From: an uncultured Acidobacteriota bacterium
GTDB lineage: Bacteria; Acidobacteriota; Blastocatellia; RBC074
NCBI GenBank assembly: GCA_963796275.1
Contig: CAWCKY010000003.1
Coordinates: 1,120,001 to 1,184,000 of the forward strand
Reading direction: 5' to 3'
DNA length: 64,000 bases
The notes beneath the pieces were generated by a model, which was not told where the DNA came from, searched no databases, and saw nothing but the letters and a program-made list of their open reading frames with translations. Shown in pieces: positions 1-10,524 of the stretch. A program made the position numbers and the translations under genes. Within the stretch, counting starts at the first letter, position 1. Every line of letters begins with the position of its first letter.

Positions 1-279
1 GCCTATATCCGGCAGGGAAACCAGGAAGACGCGCGTAAGGTATTCGATCAACTGATCAAGGGTTTTGAATCGCGTCTCACCGCAGGTGCCGACGATCCAT
101 TCACGCGCTATTACGTTGCCTGCGCCTGCGCGATGATGGGTGAGAAAGACCGTGCGCTGGAGCATCTTAAAATTGCGGTCGATGGCCGGCGTAATTTCAA
201 TGTCGCGCGCGCGAAGGTCGAGATCGATTTCGAAAGCCTGCATGATGACGAAAGATTCAAGGCGCTGATCAAAAGCTAG
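1..279 (+). CDS. C-terminal part of a TPR-containing protein (5'-truncated by window)
   Basis: Frame 1 open from base 1: AYIRQGNQEDARKVFDQ...YYVACACAMMGEKDRALEHL...DFESLHDDERFKALIKS*, typical TPR end-of-group segment. Confidence 0.7.
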   Translation, partial: AYIRQGNQEDARKVFDQLIKGFESRLTAGADDPFTRYYVACACAMMGEKDRALEHLKIAVDGRRNFNVARAKVEIDFESLHDDERFKALIKS

Positions 280-600
280 CAGAGAAATAAACAGGCAGAA
301 ATGAAGCGCGGTCTGCGGCCCCTATCCGGAAATTTTGTTAGCGAAGAAGAAAGTTTGTGACTGCGCTGCGCCCCGTCCGATGATCCATTGAAAAGTAATG
401 CAACGGCCTTTGTGTAACCTGTGCCTGCTCAAGAGCGACGCGACCACGCACATAGGATAGAGGCGCAGGTGGTACGCATATCCGCCCTTAGCTGGACGCT
501 TATTTGCATATATTTTTCAAAACCAGAACCGGGCAGGGCAATTTCAAACGAGTAGAGTTACCACATTTTTGCTTTGGCCATTTTTTCTTCACCTCATCTT

Positions 601-1431
601 ATGAATTTAACGGTTCACGAGGTAGTTGCCAAAAACTACGGTGCAGATCACGCCAACCGGATCCACAGTGATGATGGCGCGGCAAGATATGGTTTCACCG
701 GAGCGCTCGTGCCGGGCGTAGGTCTCTACGCCTATCTGACTCAACCCGTTTTGGAGACATTGGGGATGGAGTGGCTGGCGCGCGGCGCAATGAGCGCGAA
801 GTTCATACATCCGGTCTATGACGGCGAGCGTGTTTATATTGAATGCCGGAGCGCTGGGATTGACCCGATCGAATTGCGGCTTGAACTGTTCAACCTATCA
901 GGTGTGCTCTGTGCCGCAGGTGCGGCCGAGCTGCCATCATCGCTTCAGCGATTGGACCGGGATGATTATCCGCTTCACGCGCTGCCCGCCAACGATGAAC
1001 AGGTTCCGGCGGCAATCGACAATTTTCGCGTGGGCGATCGCCTCGGTTCTCTGGAGTTCACTTTGGATTGGGCTGGTAGGATGGCGAAGTTTCTCGATGA
1101 CGTGCTCGAATATTCGCCGGTTTATTGCGGATATGATGCGGTGTGTCACCCCGCCTTCTGGATTGCGCAAGCGAATGAGATATTGATGCGGAATATGGTG
1201 CTCGGTCCGTGGATTCATACGGCGAGCGAAGCGCAGCATTATTCGGTTGCAAGAGACGGCGAGCGCGTGTCGCTCCGCGGGAGAGTGATCGATTTACATG
1301 TAAGACGCGGTAATGAGTATATCTCGCTTGAACTGGGGTTTTTCGGCGAACAGGGTCGACAGATCGCGAAGGTCAAACATACAGCGATCATCAAATTGCG
1401 CGAGCCGGATAAAGATGAACAAACTGACTGA
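601..1431 (+). CDS. Double hotdog-fold / MaoC-like dehydratase
   Basis: NRIHSDDGAARYGFTGALVPG MaoC-like motif, second hotdog-like half; ATG at 601 within ORF 574..1431. Confidence 0.65.
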   Translation: MNLTVHEVVAKNYGADHANRIHSDDGAARYGFTGALVPGVGLYAYLTQPVLETLGMEWLARGAMSAKFIHPVYDGERVYIECRSAGIDPIELRLELFNLSGVLCAAGAAELPSSLQRLDRDDYPLHALPANDEQVPAAIDNFRVGDRLGSLEFTLDWAGRMAKFLDDVLEYSPVYCGYDAVCHPAFWIAQANEILMRNMVLGPWIHTASEAQHYSVARDGERVSLRGRVIDLHVRRGNEYISLELGFFGEQGRQIAKVKHTAIIKLREPDKDEQTD

Positions 1432-2257
1432 AAAAGAAGAGAAGGTAGGGCGGCATTACGACGATGCTGTATTCGAGTATGAATCGATGCGTTCGGAATA
1501 TTGCCCGGTGGAATTTTCTATCACCGCGAGGCAACTCAAGCGTTGGATCCCCGAACGGGCAACGGTGGCTGAAATAGGCGTCGGTGGGGCTTTCTACACG
1601 GAATTTTTGGCGAGACACGGCTGCCGGCTCCATCTGGTCGATGTCTCGGCGCGCTTGCTTGATACGGCATGGGCTAAGCTTCGCGTGGGCGGGTTTCAGG
1701 ATCGGATAATCGATATAGATCTCGCATCCGCGACGAATCTCCATTGTCTGCAGAGCGAAAAGTTCGATGCGGTGCTGATGCTTGGCCCCCTATATCACCT
1801 CTGTAGCCTCGACGAACGACGCCGTTCGGTGAGTGAAGCCGCTCGCGTGTTGAAGCCGGGTGGATTGTTATTCGCCGCCGGCATCAATCGGCTGGCCTAT
1901 CTACGCGATCTGTTTCGCGAGTCTCCCCGTGAAATTCTGGCGCGACAGGGATTTCACAACCAATTTTTGAGCGATGGCAATCTCGACCCGGAGCACGCAC
2001 CGCCCATCGGACTTGCACATCTGACGACAATTGCTGAATTCAGAGAGCTCTTCACTTATCGATTCGATGAGATCAGTTTGATGGGAGTCGAGTCATTCGC
2101 CATCATCGAGCAGAAGAGATTGCATGAATTACCGGATGAAGAGGTGAATGCCTGGACGGAGCTGATCGAGCGAACAGCTACCATGCCGGAAGCGCTCGGT
2201 GTGAGCGATCATTATCTGTTTATCGGAAGGAAAAAATCGGAGGGCGAAGAAGCATGA
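1415..2257 (+). CDS. Class I SAM-dependent methyltransferase
   Basis: AEIGVGG motif I, FDAVLMLGPLYHL, RVLKPGG. Confidence 0.85.
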   Translation: MNKLTEKEEKVGRHYDDAVFEYESMRSEYCPVEFSITARQLKRWIPERATVAEIGVGGAFYTEFLARHGCRLHLVDVSARLLDTAWAKLRVGGFQDRIIDIDLASATNLHCLQSEKFDAVLMLGPLYHLCSLDERRRSVSEAARVLKPGGLLFAAGINRLAYLRDLFRESPREILARQGFHNQFLSDGNLDPEHAPPIGLAHLTTIAEFRELFTYRFDEISLMGVESFAIIEQKRLHELPDEEVNAWTELIERTATMPEALGVSDHYLFIGRKKSEGEEA

Positions 2258-2718
2258 GCGATGTCAGAGTGACGTTAAACTGGGGCGGAGAGATGAAATT
2301 TACCGCCGTCAATGCGGCAGGCCACCTGACGTCCATCGATGGAGATAAAAAATCGGCCGCCAGCCCCGTAGAGATATTGCTCGAGGCTCTCGGCGCCTGC
2401 ACGGGAATCGATGTCGTTCTGATCCTGGGGAAGATGCGAACACCCGCGGAGCGTCTCGAGATCGCGATCGAAGGGAATCGCCGGCAGACGGAACCGCGAT
2501 ATTACACCGAGGTGTGCCTGCGATTCGATGTCTGGGGCGATGGGATCAATCCTGACAAGTTGGCGCGCGCCATCGATCTTTCAATCGCGAAATATTGCAG
2601 CGTTTATCACTCACTCCGGCCCGATCTTAAAACGGTGGCCGAGTTCCGCCTTCATGCTATCAGCGCCGATGCGGCTGGAGAATATCAGATAGTTGATTTT
2701 GATAAACAATCTCTATAA
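2254..2718 (+). CDS. OsmC/YhfA family protein
   Basis: SPVEILLEALGACTGIDV and KYCSV conserved Cys motifs; ATGA overlap with upstream gene. Confidence 0.9.
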   Translation: MSDVRVTLNWGGEMKFTAVNAAGHLTSIDGDKKSAASPVEILLEALGACTGIDVVLILGKMRTPAERLEIAIEGNRRQTEPRYYTEVCLRFDVWGDGINPDKLARAIDLSIAKYCSVYHSLRPDLKTVAEFRLHAISADAAGEYQIVDFDKQSL

Positions 2719-2778
2719 CAATCGATTTCACATTTAAATTTGTTACGATATCCCCTTAAATCTCTGCATTAAACACTG

Positions 2779-3234
2779 TTACTTTTTATTCATTTCCGCA
2801 GTATCGAGCCAGATCGTTACCGGGCCGGAGTTATGAATTTCGACCAGCATATCAGCCTGAAATTCTCCGGTCTCAACCTTGAAACCCATCGCATTTAACT
2901 TTTGCACGAATTTTTCGTATAGGGGAATGGCTATTTCGGGCCGTGCGGCATCGGTGAAGCTCGGACGACGGCCTTTGCGAGCGTCGGCGAAGAGCGTGAA
3001 TTGCGAGATGACGAGCATTTCTGCATTCACCTCAAGCGCCGACAGGTTGAACTTACCCTCGATATCCGCAAAAATTCGCAAGTTGGCAATCTTATTCGCA
3101 ATAATGTCAACATCGGATTCTTCATCGCCGGCTCCGACGCCGAGCAAAATTACCAGTCCGGCATTGATTGAGCCGACGACTTCTCCTGCGATCGATACTC
3201 TTCCTTGTGTGACCCGTTGGATGACTGCGCGCAT
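2779..3234 (-). CDS. dtd: D-aminoacyl-tRNA deacylase
   Basis: MRAVIQRV start, SQFTL, KGRRPSF, GPVT motifs. Confidence 0.95.
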   Translation of the reverse strand: MRAVIQRVTQGRVSIAGEVVGSINAGLVILLGVGAGDEESDVDIIANKIANLRIFADIEGKFNLSALEVNAEMLVISQFTLFADARKGRRPSFTDAARPEIAIPLYEKFVQKLNAMGFKVETGEFQADMLVEIHNSGPVTIWLDTAEMNKK

Positions 3235-3244
3235 AAGAAGAATG

Positions 3245-3327
3245 GATAATTGATAATTGGTAGACACTGGGGCACGATTTATACGAATTATCAATTATCA
3301 ATTATCAATTATCAATTATCAATTATC
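3245..3327. repeat. Heptamer tandem repeat (AATTATC)x6 at 3286-3327 with inverted (GATAATT)x2 at 3245-3258
   Basis: Read directly from sequence. Confidence 0.95.
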
Positions 3328-4533
3328 TTATCTCCTCCTCGTTTTGCTTCTCACTTTCTGTGAAATTCGCAAAGTTACTCCCTGCTCCCGCGCGAAACGC
3401 TGGAAGAGGGCATAGAACGCGTCGCGTTCACGGGAAGTGATGACGGCAGCGGCATCTGCCGTCTCGATCACGTAAGGATAACCGTTTCCTACAATCACTT
3501 CGGCGCGAATCAGGTCTATTACCTGGTCGAGCAATCCACGATCGTAGACCCACAGAGGTAGCTCCAGGCGCGCGGGAGGCGTCTGCCCATTGGTTCTAAG
3601 GTATACAAAACCGATGCCACGCCGGTACTCCTCAAAACTTTCCAGCACACCCGGGTGTTTGCGGTCAGCGCCGCCCCGCGCGCAGATGAATATCGGTGTG
3701 CGGTCTCCCCATTCGAGCGAGTCGCCGGTGATCTGGGCATCGTGCACGCGCTGCGCTTCGCCCAGGTTGAAACAATGCGCGAGCATATTGGTCAGATCGC
3801 GGGCATAACTGGTGTCGACATAGCCGACGACCGGGATGCCGGTCTGCTCCGAACAGCGCAGGAGCTTGAGCATCGCATTGACGTGCCGCACCCGCATCTC
3901 TTCCTGCAAGCGATCGGCAAACGAGATCACGAGCGAGCTATCGAATAAAGCCACAGCCAGTTGCGCCGATTGATCCCGCTCCGCCGCAATTCGTCGCATC
4001 AAACTGCAGAGCGTTTCAGTTTCGAGCTCGAAGCGACGCGCGTTGACAGTCTGCTCGGAAAATATACGATCACCATTGAACTCGACCAGCAGCTCCTCAG
4101 GCGTCAGGATTTCAAAAGCTACGTCTTTCGTGTAGCTAGGTTCGAGGCGGTGTCGATTTTCGAACAGCGCGACCTGTACGGCAGCGATAGGTATGTTCAG
4201 ACCCGGGTCCGGCCTGATCTGACTACCATCGACGGCGAAGGTAGTATGACCGAGCAGTACTTCGAGCGCCCAGCCGCGGGCTTCCTGGTGATTGCCGAAC
4301 CTGTTCGGGAATTCGAGGCAGAGACCCCTCGCCCGCTCGAATTCGGGTGTCGGTAGCGCGCCCGGAGTGGTTTCGCTCGATAGTCGGGAAAGCAGGTTCT
4401 CGCAGGAGAGCTCAGCGAGTCTGTTTAAAGCATCACGGTAGTCTTTCGTGTCGTCGCGCAAAGTCTCGTTGAAAGCGTCAAATTGGGGCCATTTTTCGCG
4501 TAGTTGTGTGATAATCTTGTGGTTTAGGATCAT
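3328..4533 (-). CDS. nurA: NurA-domain nuclease
   Basis: FAVDGSQ, LFDSSL and GYPYVIETADAAAVI motifs typical of bacterial NurA. Confidence 0.8.
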   Translation of the reverse strand: MILNHKIITQLREKWPQFDAFNETLRDDTKDYRDALNRLAELSCENLLSRLSSETTPGALPTPEFERARGLCLEFPNRFGNHQEARGWALEVLLGHTTFAVDGSQIRPDPGLNIPIAAVQVALFENRHRLEPSYTKDVAFEILTPEELLVEFNGDRIFSEQTVNARRFELETETLCSLMRRIAAERDQSAQLAVALFDSSLVISFADRLQEEMRVRHVNAMLKLLRCSEQTGIPVVGYVDTSYARDLTNMLAHCFNLGEAQRVHDAQITGDSLEWGDRTPIFICARGGADRKHPGVLESFEEYRRGIGFVYLRTNGQTPPARLELPLWVYDRGLLDQVIDLIRAEVIVGNGYPYVIETADAAAVITSRERDAFYALFQRFAREQGVTLRISQKVRSKTRRR

Positions 4534-4671
4534 ATTTATTGCTTCAACTATTGCTTGATATCATTGTGCGCCTATGTTAGCTTTCAGCCTGTTTTTACAC
4601 CATTTATTTCGTCGACGCATCGGCTTGTTTTATCAATATCAACAAATAGGAAATTTTTCTGGAGGCCCGGT

Positions 4672-5010
4672 ATGACCATTTCAGAACGTAAGAGTGGTGA
4701 CGTAACTGTTCTCGATGTAGAAGGCAAAATACTCCTCGGTGAAGGCGACGTCCAGTTAAAGCGCAAAATAGATGAATTGATCGAACGCAACGAGAAGCTA
4801 TTATTGCTCAACCTCGCGAATGTTCCGTATATGGATAGCGGCGGCCTCGGGGAGGTTGTCCGCAGTTATACGACTGTCAAGCGTGCAGGCGGCGATCTCA
4901 AGCTGGTCAATGCGACGAAGCGCATCAGCGATCTGTTGACGATCACCAAGCTGATCACAGTATTCGAGGTCTTCGATGACGAAGCGCATGCAGTGAATAG
5001 CTTCGCCTAA
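4672..5010 (+). CDS. STAS-domain anti-sigma factor antagonist
   Basis: LLNLANVPYMDSGGLG, LLTITKL; GGAGG RBS upstream. Confidence 0.9.
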   Translation: MTISERKSGDVTVLDVEGKILLGEGDVQLKRKIDELIERNEKLLLLNLANVPYMDSGGLGEVVRSYTTVKRAGGDLKLVNATKRISDLLTITKLITVFEVFDDEAHAVNSFA

Positions 5011-5042
5011 ACGAAACGTCGAAGAACACCAGGACACCGAAA

Positions 5043-5103
5043 AGGCGAAATAAACTGAACAAACGAACAACCATTGGCATCGTTTGTTCTGTTTATTTCG
5101 CCT
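5043..5103. terminator. 24-bp inverted repeat between convergent genes (likely bidirectional terminator; nonamer-type palindromic repeat)
   Basis: AGGCGAAATAAACTGAACAAACGA pairs with TCGTTTGTTCTGTTTATTTCGCCT (23/24). Confidence 0.75.
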
Positions 5104-5125
5104 GTTTCGCATCTCCCTTCCGCCA

Positions 5126-6304
5126 TCACTTCGCCGCTCCATACTTCCGTAATATCTCTGTGACTTTATCTATGGGCAGCGCCTCGGCTCGATGGCCGTC
5201 GCGGCCGGTGACCGTGGTTGCACGCAGGAGCGAGTTATAGATCGCTTCCTCGGTGGCTTCTACAACGGCCTGAAATAAAGGCGACATCGAATCATTGCCG
5301 AGCGTTCGGATAGTACGCAGCTGTTCGCCGGCGCGGATGCGGTTTTCTTCGGATGTGCTGAATGCGATGATGTAATCGCCGCTCCCTTGCGTTGAAGGTG
5401 ATCCGGTGCGGCCCAGTCCGAGCATGGCGCGCGCCGCCAGTCGCTTCAAATTGCGCGCGTCGAGCGGGGCATCGGTGGCTACCACAATAATTATCGATCC
5501 ATCGGCTCTATCTCGGCCAGGATCATCGGGGATATCGTTGCGGCCGACTCGTTCGAGTTGTTCCTTCAGGTAATAACGGCGGAGCTCGCGGCCGACAGGC
5601 GCGCCGTTGATCGTCAATACCCCGCCGAAATTCGATTGAACGAGTACTCCGACCGTGTAACCGCCGAGGTTTTGCGGAAGCGCTCGGGACGATGTGCCGA
5701 TGCCGCCTTTATACCCGAAAGCCACGGTGCCCGTGCCGGCGCCGACCGAGCCTTCGGCGATTGGGCCGTCCTTCGCTGTTTTTAAGGCCGCGAAAACTTC
5801 ATCCCGCCCGACGTGGCGTCCCCGAATGTCGTTGAGATAACCGTCGTTCGTTTCGGCGACTATCGGATTGATTGAACGAACATCCTCATTGCCCGGCAAG
5901 GCGAGCATCCAATCGATCAGAGCGTCGGCGACCCTGGGTACATTGAGCGTGCTGGTGAGCAGGATCGGCGTTTCGATTTCGCCGAGCTCATCGACCTGAG
6001 TCGACCCTATCAGTTTGCCGAAACCGTTGCCGACGAAGATCGCTGCCGGGATCTTTTCCTGAAAGAGATTGCCTGAGTGAGGGATGATCGCAGTCACTCC
6101 CGTTCTCACCTTATCACCTTTGCTCAAAGTGGTGTGGCCGACTCGCACGCCCGCGACATCCGTGATCGCATTCAGTCTTCCCGTTGGTATGATTCCCACT
6201 TCGATCCCAAGATCTCGCGCTCGGGGGCGCGGCTTTTCAGAGCTCGTCTGACTCATAAGTAACAGGAGGAAAAGCAAAGGATATGTAATTCTCGCTGCGG
6301 TCAT
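5126..6304 (-). CDS. P1/S58 family (DmpA-like) aminopeptidase with signal peptide
   Basis: NAITDVAGVRVGH, GNGFGKLIG, EGSVGAGTG, DGSIII autoproteolysis site. Confidence 0.9.
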   Translation of the reverse strand: MTAARITYPLLFLLLLMSQTSSEKPRPRARDLGIEVGIIPTGRLNAITDVAGVRVGHTTLSKGDKVRTGVTAIIPHSGNLFQEKIPAAIFVGNGFGKLIGSTQVDELGEIETPILLTSTLNVPRVADALIDWMLALPGNEDVRSINPIVAETNDGYLNDIRGRHVGRDEVFAALKTAKDGPIAEGSVGAGTGTVAFGYKGGIGTSSRALPQNLGGYTVGVLVQSNFGGVLTINGAPVGRELRRYYLKEQLERVGRNDIPDDPGRDRADGSIIIVVATDAPLDARNLKRLAARAMLGLGRTGSPSTQGSGDYIIAFSTSEENRIRAGEQLRTIRTLGNDSMSPLFQAVVEATEEAIYNSLLRATTVTGRDGHRAEALPIDKVTEILRKYGAAK

Positions 6305-6308
6305 TGAT

Positions 6309-9236
6309 TCAGCCCGTATTTCTCATTCCGGCCGCAATCCCATTGATCGTCAGCAGGATGGCATATAGTAGCTTTTCGCGCTCCCGGGCGGAAGCTTTAC
6401 CGGCCCGCTTACGTGCGAGCAATTCGACCTGTAAATAACTCATCGGGTCGACATAAGGGTTGCGCACGGCGATCGATCGTTGCAGAAACGGCGAATTATC
6501 GAGCAATCTTTTCTCCCCCGTAATTTGTAGGACAATGCGACAGGCGAGTTTATATTCATCTTCGAGCATTTCGAATATTCGTTTACCCAGAGTGCGATCG
6601 GGAGTGCGCGCGGCGTATTGCCGTGCAACCTGAAAATCCGCTTTGGCCAATGACATTTCGATGTTCGAGATGGTGCTATGAAAGAACTCCCAATCGTTAT
6701 ACATCTCGCGCAACAGTTCGAGATTCTTTCTTCCGGCACTGAACTTATCGAGAGCTGTGCCGACAGCGAGCCAGCCGGGCAACAGATGCCGGCTCTGCGT
6801 CCATCCGAAAACCCACGGAATCGCACGCAGATCATCGAGACTTTGCGAGCCCTCTTTTCGCTTAGCTGGCCGTGACCCGATGCGTAGATGCTGTAACTCC
6901 TCGACTGGCGTCGCTTGAATGAAGTAATCGTAAAAACCCTCGGTCTCCCGGATAAACCGGCGGTAAGCTGCGAATGCGTCTTGAGAAATGCTCTCCATCG
7001 CATCTTTCCATAGGGAAAGTTGCTCATCATTGTGCTTCTCCTGCGGTAAACTGGCGGCGACAGCTGCAGCGGTTGTCAGCTCCAAACTACGCAGGGCGAT
7101 CTCGGGCAGACCGTACTTTGAGGAGATAACTTCTCCCTGTTCGGTGATCTTTATCCGCGATGCTACCGTCTCGGGAGGTTGCGCCAGGATAGCTTCGTGA
7201 CTCGGGCCGCCGCCGCGGCCGACCGTCCCTCCACGGCCATGAAACAGGCGTAATTCGACGCCATTCATGCGCGCGACCTCCCATAAATTCTCCTGCGCTT
7301 TGTATAACTCCCAGCTCGAAGTCAATATCCCACCGTCTTTGCTGCTATCCGAATAACCGATCATTACTTCCTGCAGGTTCCCATGACTCTCGACTAGTCT
7401 TCGATAGATGCCTATCCCAAATAACCGATTCATCACCTGCGGTGCCCGTCGCAGATCGTCGATCGTTTCGAAAAGAGGCGTGACTGATAGAGAGAACGGA
7501 TAAACGGGAGAACCGGCGGCTTTTCTCTCATCTCCCGCTCCTCCGTTCTTCACAATACCTGCTTCTTTAGCCAGTACGAGCACGGCCAGGAGATCGCTGA
7601 CCTCGCGCGTCATGCTCACAATATACGTCCCGATGGCATTAGTGCAGATTTCATCGAACGCGCGCCGAGCGACCCGGAAGACGTTGAGCGTTTCCGTTGT
7701 TTCTATGCTATAACGGGCATCAGGCGACACCAGCGGGCGAATGCTCGAAAGCTCCTGTGTCAGCCATTCGAGGCGTTGTTCTTCATTCATCTGTGCGTAA
7801 TCGCGCGCAAATCCCAGGGTCTGTGTGATCTCCGTGAGCGCTGCCGTATGCCGTAAGCTGTGCTGCCGCAGATCGAGCCGGGCCAGGTAAAGATCGAAAG
7901 TCGCGACCTGCCGCAACAAACGGTCGATATCGCGCGCTGCGTATGTGGCCTTCCCCTCTCGCAGGCTCTCGCGTACCAGGCGCAGATCTTCCCACAGGTC
8001 CGCGCCTGTTCGATATAGACTTGCATTGGTCCCCGCTGAGCCGGCGGCTACCGCGGTCAGCGGGGTCGATTGGCGGATTGAGATCAGCGAATTCGGGGAT
8101 TCGGCTCTCAGCGAAGATGCCAGCATCTGATTATGCTGCAGAGTCCGATCGAGCCGCGTATAAATGAATGAGAGTTTTTGACGATACGGTTCTTCCGGGT
8201 TCCGTTTGAAAATCTCTGCCGCAATCTGCGGCATCTCGCGTGCATCTCGCGCGATCGAGGCGTGCAGCTCGCCGGTCGCCGGCGAGAGGCGGGATGATTC
8301 GCTCAGGCGCCGCGATAGATCTGCTACCGCGTTACGGTATTTTCGCAGTATCAGTCGCTGTTGCAGCCGCAGGGTCTCCCACGTGACTTCAGGGGTGACG
8401 AACGGATTCCCGTCGCGATCGCCTCCGACCCACGAGCCGAAACGCAAGGGAACTCGCGGTTCGTACATCTTCACGCTGGGGAAATTTTCAGAGAGCCGCC
8501 GCTCCAGCTCTTCGAGCATAATGGGAATTGAATCGAAGAGCGTCGTATCGAAGTAGTAGAGCGTATTGTTGACCTCATCGAGCACGGTTGGTTGCATGTG
8601 CCGCACTTCATCGGTATGCCAGACAGATTCGACTTCCGCGGCAAGTCGTTCAAGTAACTCCGTCTGTTTGCGCTTCGGAAGGTTTTGGTCATCGAAAGCG
8701 GTGAGCAGATCGGCGATGCGGCGATGCTTGTCGAGCAGCGTCCGCCGGGCTGCTTCGGTCGGATGCGCGGTCATTACCAGTTCGATCTCCAGACGGTCTA
8801 CCACGTGCTGGACGTTTTTACGTAATTCAGATTCGCTCAAATGTGTGTTTTCGTTCTTGATGCGGTTGAATGTATCCGCCAGCGAGCCGCGTTGCGGCTG
8901 GTCAGGCGTATGAAGTTCATAGAACCGCTTACGGCGAATGCGATGATGCTGTTCGGCGATATTTACGAGCTGAAAATAGACGGAGAAGGCCCGAATTACG
9001 CCAATGGCGTCATCGAGGTTCAATCCGTTCAGCAAATGTTTAAGTTTTCGTTCATCGGCAGGTGAATGATCGGTACGAAGTCCTTTGCAGAGAGCCCTGA
9101 CGCGCTCTTCGGTTTCGAAGAGCCTACTGCCGCCGAGGCGTTTCAGCGTCTCGCCCAGCAAGTCTCCGAGACGGTGTATGTCATTGCGTAGCGGCAGATC
9201 TTTTGACGATGTCTGTGCTTTACGATTATCGCTCAT
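6309..9236 (-). CDS. ppc: Phosphoenolpyruvate carboxylase
   Basis: VMTAHPTE, GSWVGGDRDGNP, VMIGYSDSSKDGG, FHGRGGTVGRGGGP, C-terminal MRNTG. Confidence 0.97.
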   Translation of the reverse strand: MSDNRKAQTSSKDLPLRNDIHRLGDLLGETLKRLGGSRLFETEERVRALCKGLRTDHSPADERKLKHLLNGLNLDDAIGVIRAFSVYFQLVNIAEQHHRIRRKRFYELHTPDQPQRGSLADTFNRIKNENTHLSESELRKNVQHVVDRLEIELVMTAHPTEAARRTLLDKHRRIADLLTAFDDQNLPKRKQTELLERLAAEVESVWHTDEVRHMQPTVLDEVNNTLYYFDTTLFDSIPIMLEELERRLSENFPSVKMYEPRVPLRFGSWVGGDRDGNPFVTPEVTWETLRLQQRLILRKYRNAVADLSRRLSESSRLSPATGELHASIARDAREMPQIAAEIFKRNPEEPYRQKLSFIYTRLDRTLQHNQMLASSLRAESPNSLISIRQSTPLTAVAAGSAGTNASLYRTGADLWEDLRLVRESLREGKATYAARDIDRLLRQVATFDLYLARLDLRQHSLRHTAALTEITQTLGFARDYAQMNEEQRLEWLTQELSSIRPLVSPDARYSIETTETLNVFRVARRAFDEICTNAIGTYIVSMTREVSDLLAVLVLAKEAGIVKNGGAGDERKAAGSPVYPFSLSVTPLFETIDDLRRAPQVMNRLFGIGIYRRLVESHGNLQEVMIGYSDSSKDGGILTSSWELYKAQENLWEVARMNGVELRLFHGRGGTVGRGGGPSHEAILAQPPETVASRIKITEQGEVISSKYGLPEIALRSLELTTAAAVAASLPQEKHNDEQLSLWKDAMESISQDAFAAYRRFIRETEGFYDYFIQATPVEELQHLRIGSRPAKRKEGSQSLDDLRAIPWVFGWTQSRHLLPGWLAVGTALDKFSAGRKNLELLREMYNDWEFFHSTISNIEMSLAKADFQVARQYAARTPDRTLGKRIFEMLEDEYKLACRIVLQITGEKRLLDNSPFLQRSIAVRNPYVDPMSYLQVELLARKRAGKASAREREKLLYAILLTINGIAAGMRNTG

Positions 9237-9295
9237 GCATAAATCATAGCATTTCCCGTGAAGGTTCACGGTCGAGCAATGAAAGGAATAGATCG

Positions 9296-10276
9296 ATGAA
9301 ACCACGCATCGCCACATTCTTCACCGGGGGCACGATCTCTATGCGGATCGATCCCGTAACCGGCGGCGCGATTCCCGCGCTTTCGGGCGAAGAGATAATC
9401 GCCCTGGTGCCGGGGTTGGAGGAGATCGCAGAATTCGATGTGGTCAATTTTGCGCTCTGGCCGGGGCCGCACGTCACGCCATCGAGAATGATGGATCTGG
9501 CCGTGAAAGTGAAAGAAAAACTTGCCGATAAGAGAATCGCCGGCGCGGTGATCACTCACGGCACCGATACGCTCGAAGAGACGGCATACTTGCTTGATCT
9601 GGCGATCGATGACGATAAGCCCATCGTACTGGTCGGGGCTATGCGCAACAGCTCGGAACTGAGCTGGGATGGTCCGGGAAATCTGTTCTCGGCTGTCCGC
9701 GCGGCGATCGATACGAAAACCCGCGGGCTGGGAACCATTGTCGCCATGAACGATCAATTGATTGCCGCTGCCGACGCTACCAAGACGCACACGGAATCGA
9801 ACGAGACTTTTCAGAGCCGGGATTTCGGGCCGATTGGTTTGGTTGACAAGGATCGGGTGATCGTTGTGCGCCGCCCCGTTCAGCGCGAGCATATCGCGAC
9901 CGGCCGGATCGAAGAACGCGTCGATGTGATCAAGATGTTCGCGGGGGCGGATGGCCGTTTCATCAATTTCGCGGTCGACGATGGCGCGCGCGGATTGGTG
10001 ATTGAAGCTCTGGGCAGAGGAAATGTCACCGTTCCTTCCCTGCCGGCTATTGAGAGGGCGATCGGCGAAGGCCTCCCGGTCGTGATCACTTCGCGTTGTC
10101 CGCGCGGGAGAGTCCTCGACACATACGCCTATGAAGGGGCCGGCAGGCAGTTGAAGAAAATGGGCGCCATTCTCGGCGGTATGCTTCCCGGTCATAAAGC
10201 TCGCATCAAGCTCATGCTTATGCTTGGAGCAGACTGGAGCATCGAACAAATTCGCGAGTCATTCGAATGTAATTGA
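9296..10276 (+). CDS. L-asparaginase
   Basis: TGGTISM and HGTDTLEET catalytic motifs. Confidence 0.93.
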   Translation: MKPRIATFFTGGTISMRIDPVTGGAIPALSGEEIIALVPGLEEIAEFDVVNFALWPGPHVTPSRMMDLAVKVKEKLADKRIAGAVITHGTDTLEETAYLLDLAIDDDKPIVLVGAMRNSSELSWDGPGNLFSAVRAAIDTKTRGLGTIVAMNDQLIAAADATKTHTESNETFQSRDFGPIGLVDKDRVIVVRRPVQREHIATGRIEERVDVIKMFAGADGRFINFAVDDGARGLVIEALGRGNVTVPSLPAIERAIGEGLPVVITSRCPRGRVLDTYAYEGAGRQLKKMGAILGGMLPGHKARIKLMLMLGADWSIEQIRESFECN

Positions 10277-10386
10277 ATAGCACTCAGGAACATAGGATGG
10301 CGAAGCCTGTGGAATGCGGCGGCCGAATTCATATAAATCGTATCGCGAACGAAGCTTTGGCAAAAAAATTCGGTAGTCACACGCGA

Positions 10387-10406
10387 TACCGCTCGCGGTA
10401 CTGATT
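10387..10406. repeat. REP-like palindrome unit TACCGCTCGCGGTACTGATT (same family as 63773-63851)
   Basis: Near-identical units at 63773-63793 (inverted) and 63833-63851. Confidence 0.65.
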
Positions 10407-10444
10407 CGCCGCAGTTTCGCTTGCTTGCAACCGCTTTGGTCATA

Positions 10445-10501
10445 AGCCCCCAGGGGGCGTTATATATAGCAGCCAGGGGTGAAGCGCAGCGCAGCCCCTG
10501 G
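10445..10501. repeat. REP-like double hairpin
   Basis: GCCCCC-A-GGGGGC followed by CCAGGGG...CCCCTGG. Confidence 0.55.
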
Positions 10502-10524
10502 ACGCATCAGAGAAATGGGCAGTA

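Noticed and set aside
313-468. Imperfect inverted repeat CTGCGGCCCCTATCC / GGATAGAGGCGCAG as riboswitch or ncRNA
   Set aside because: No known consensus; more likely a degenerate REP remnant
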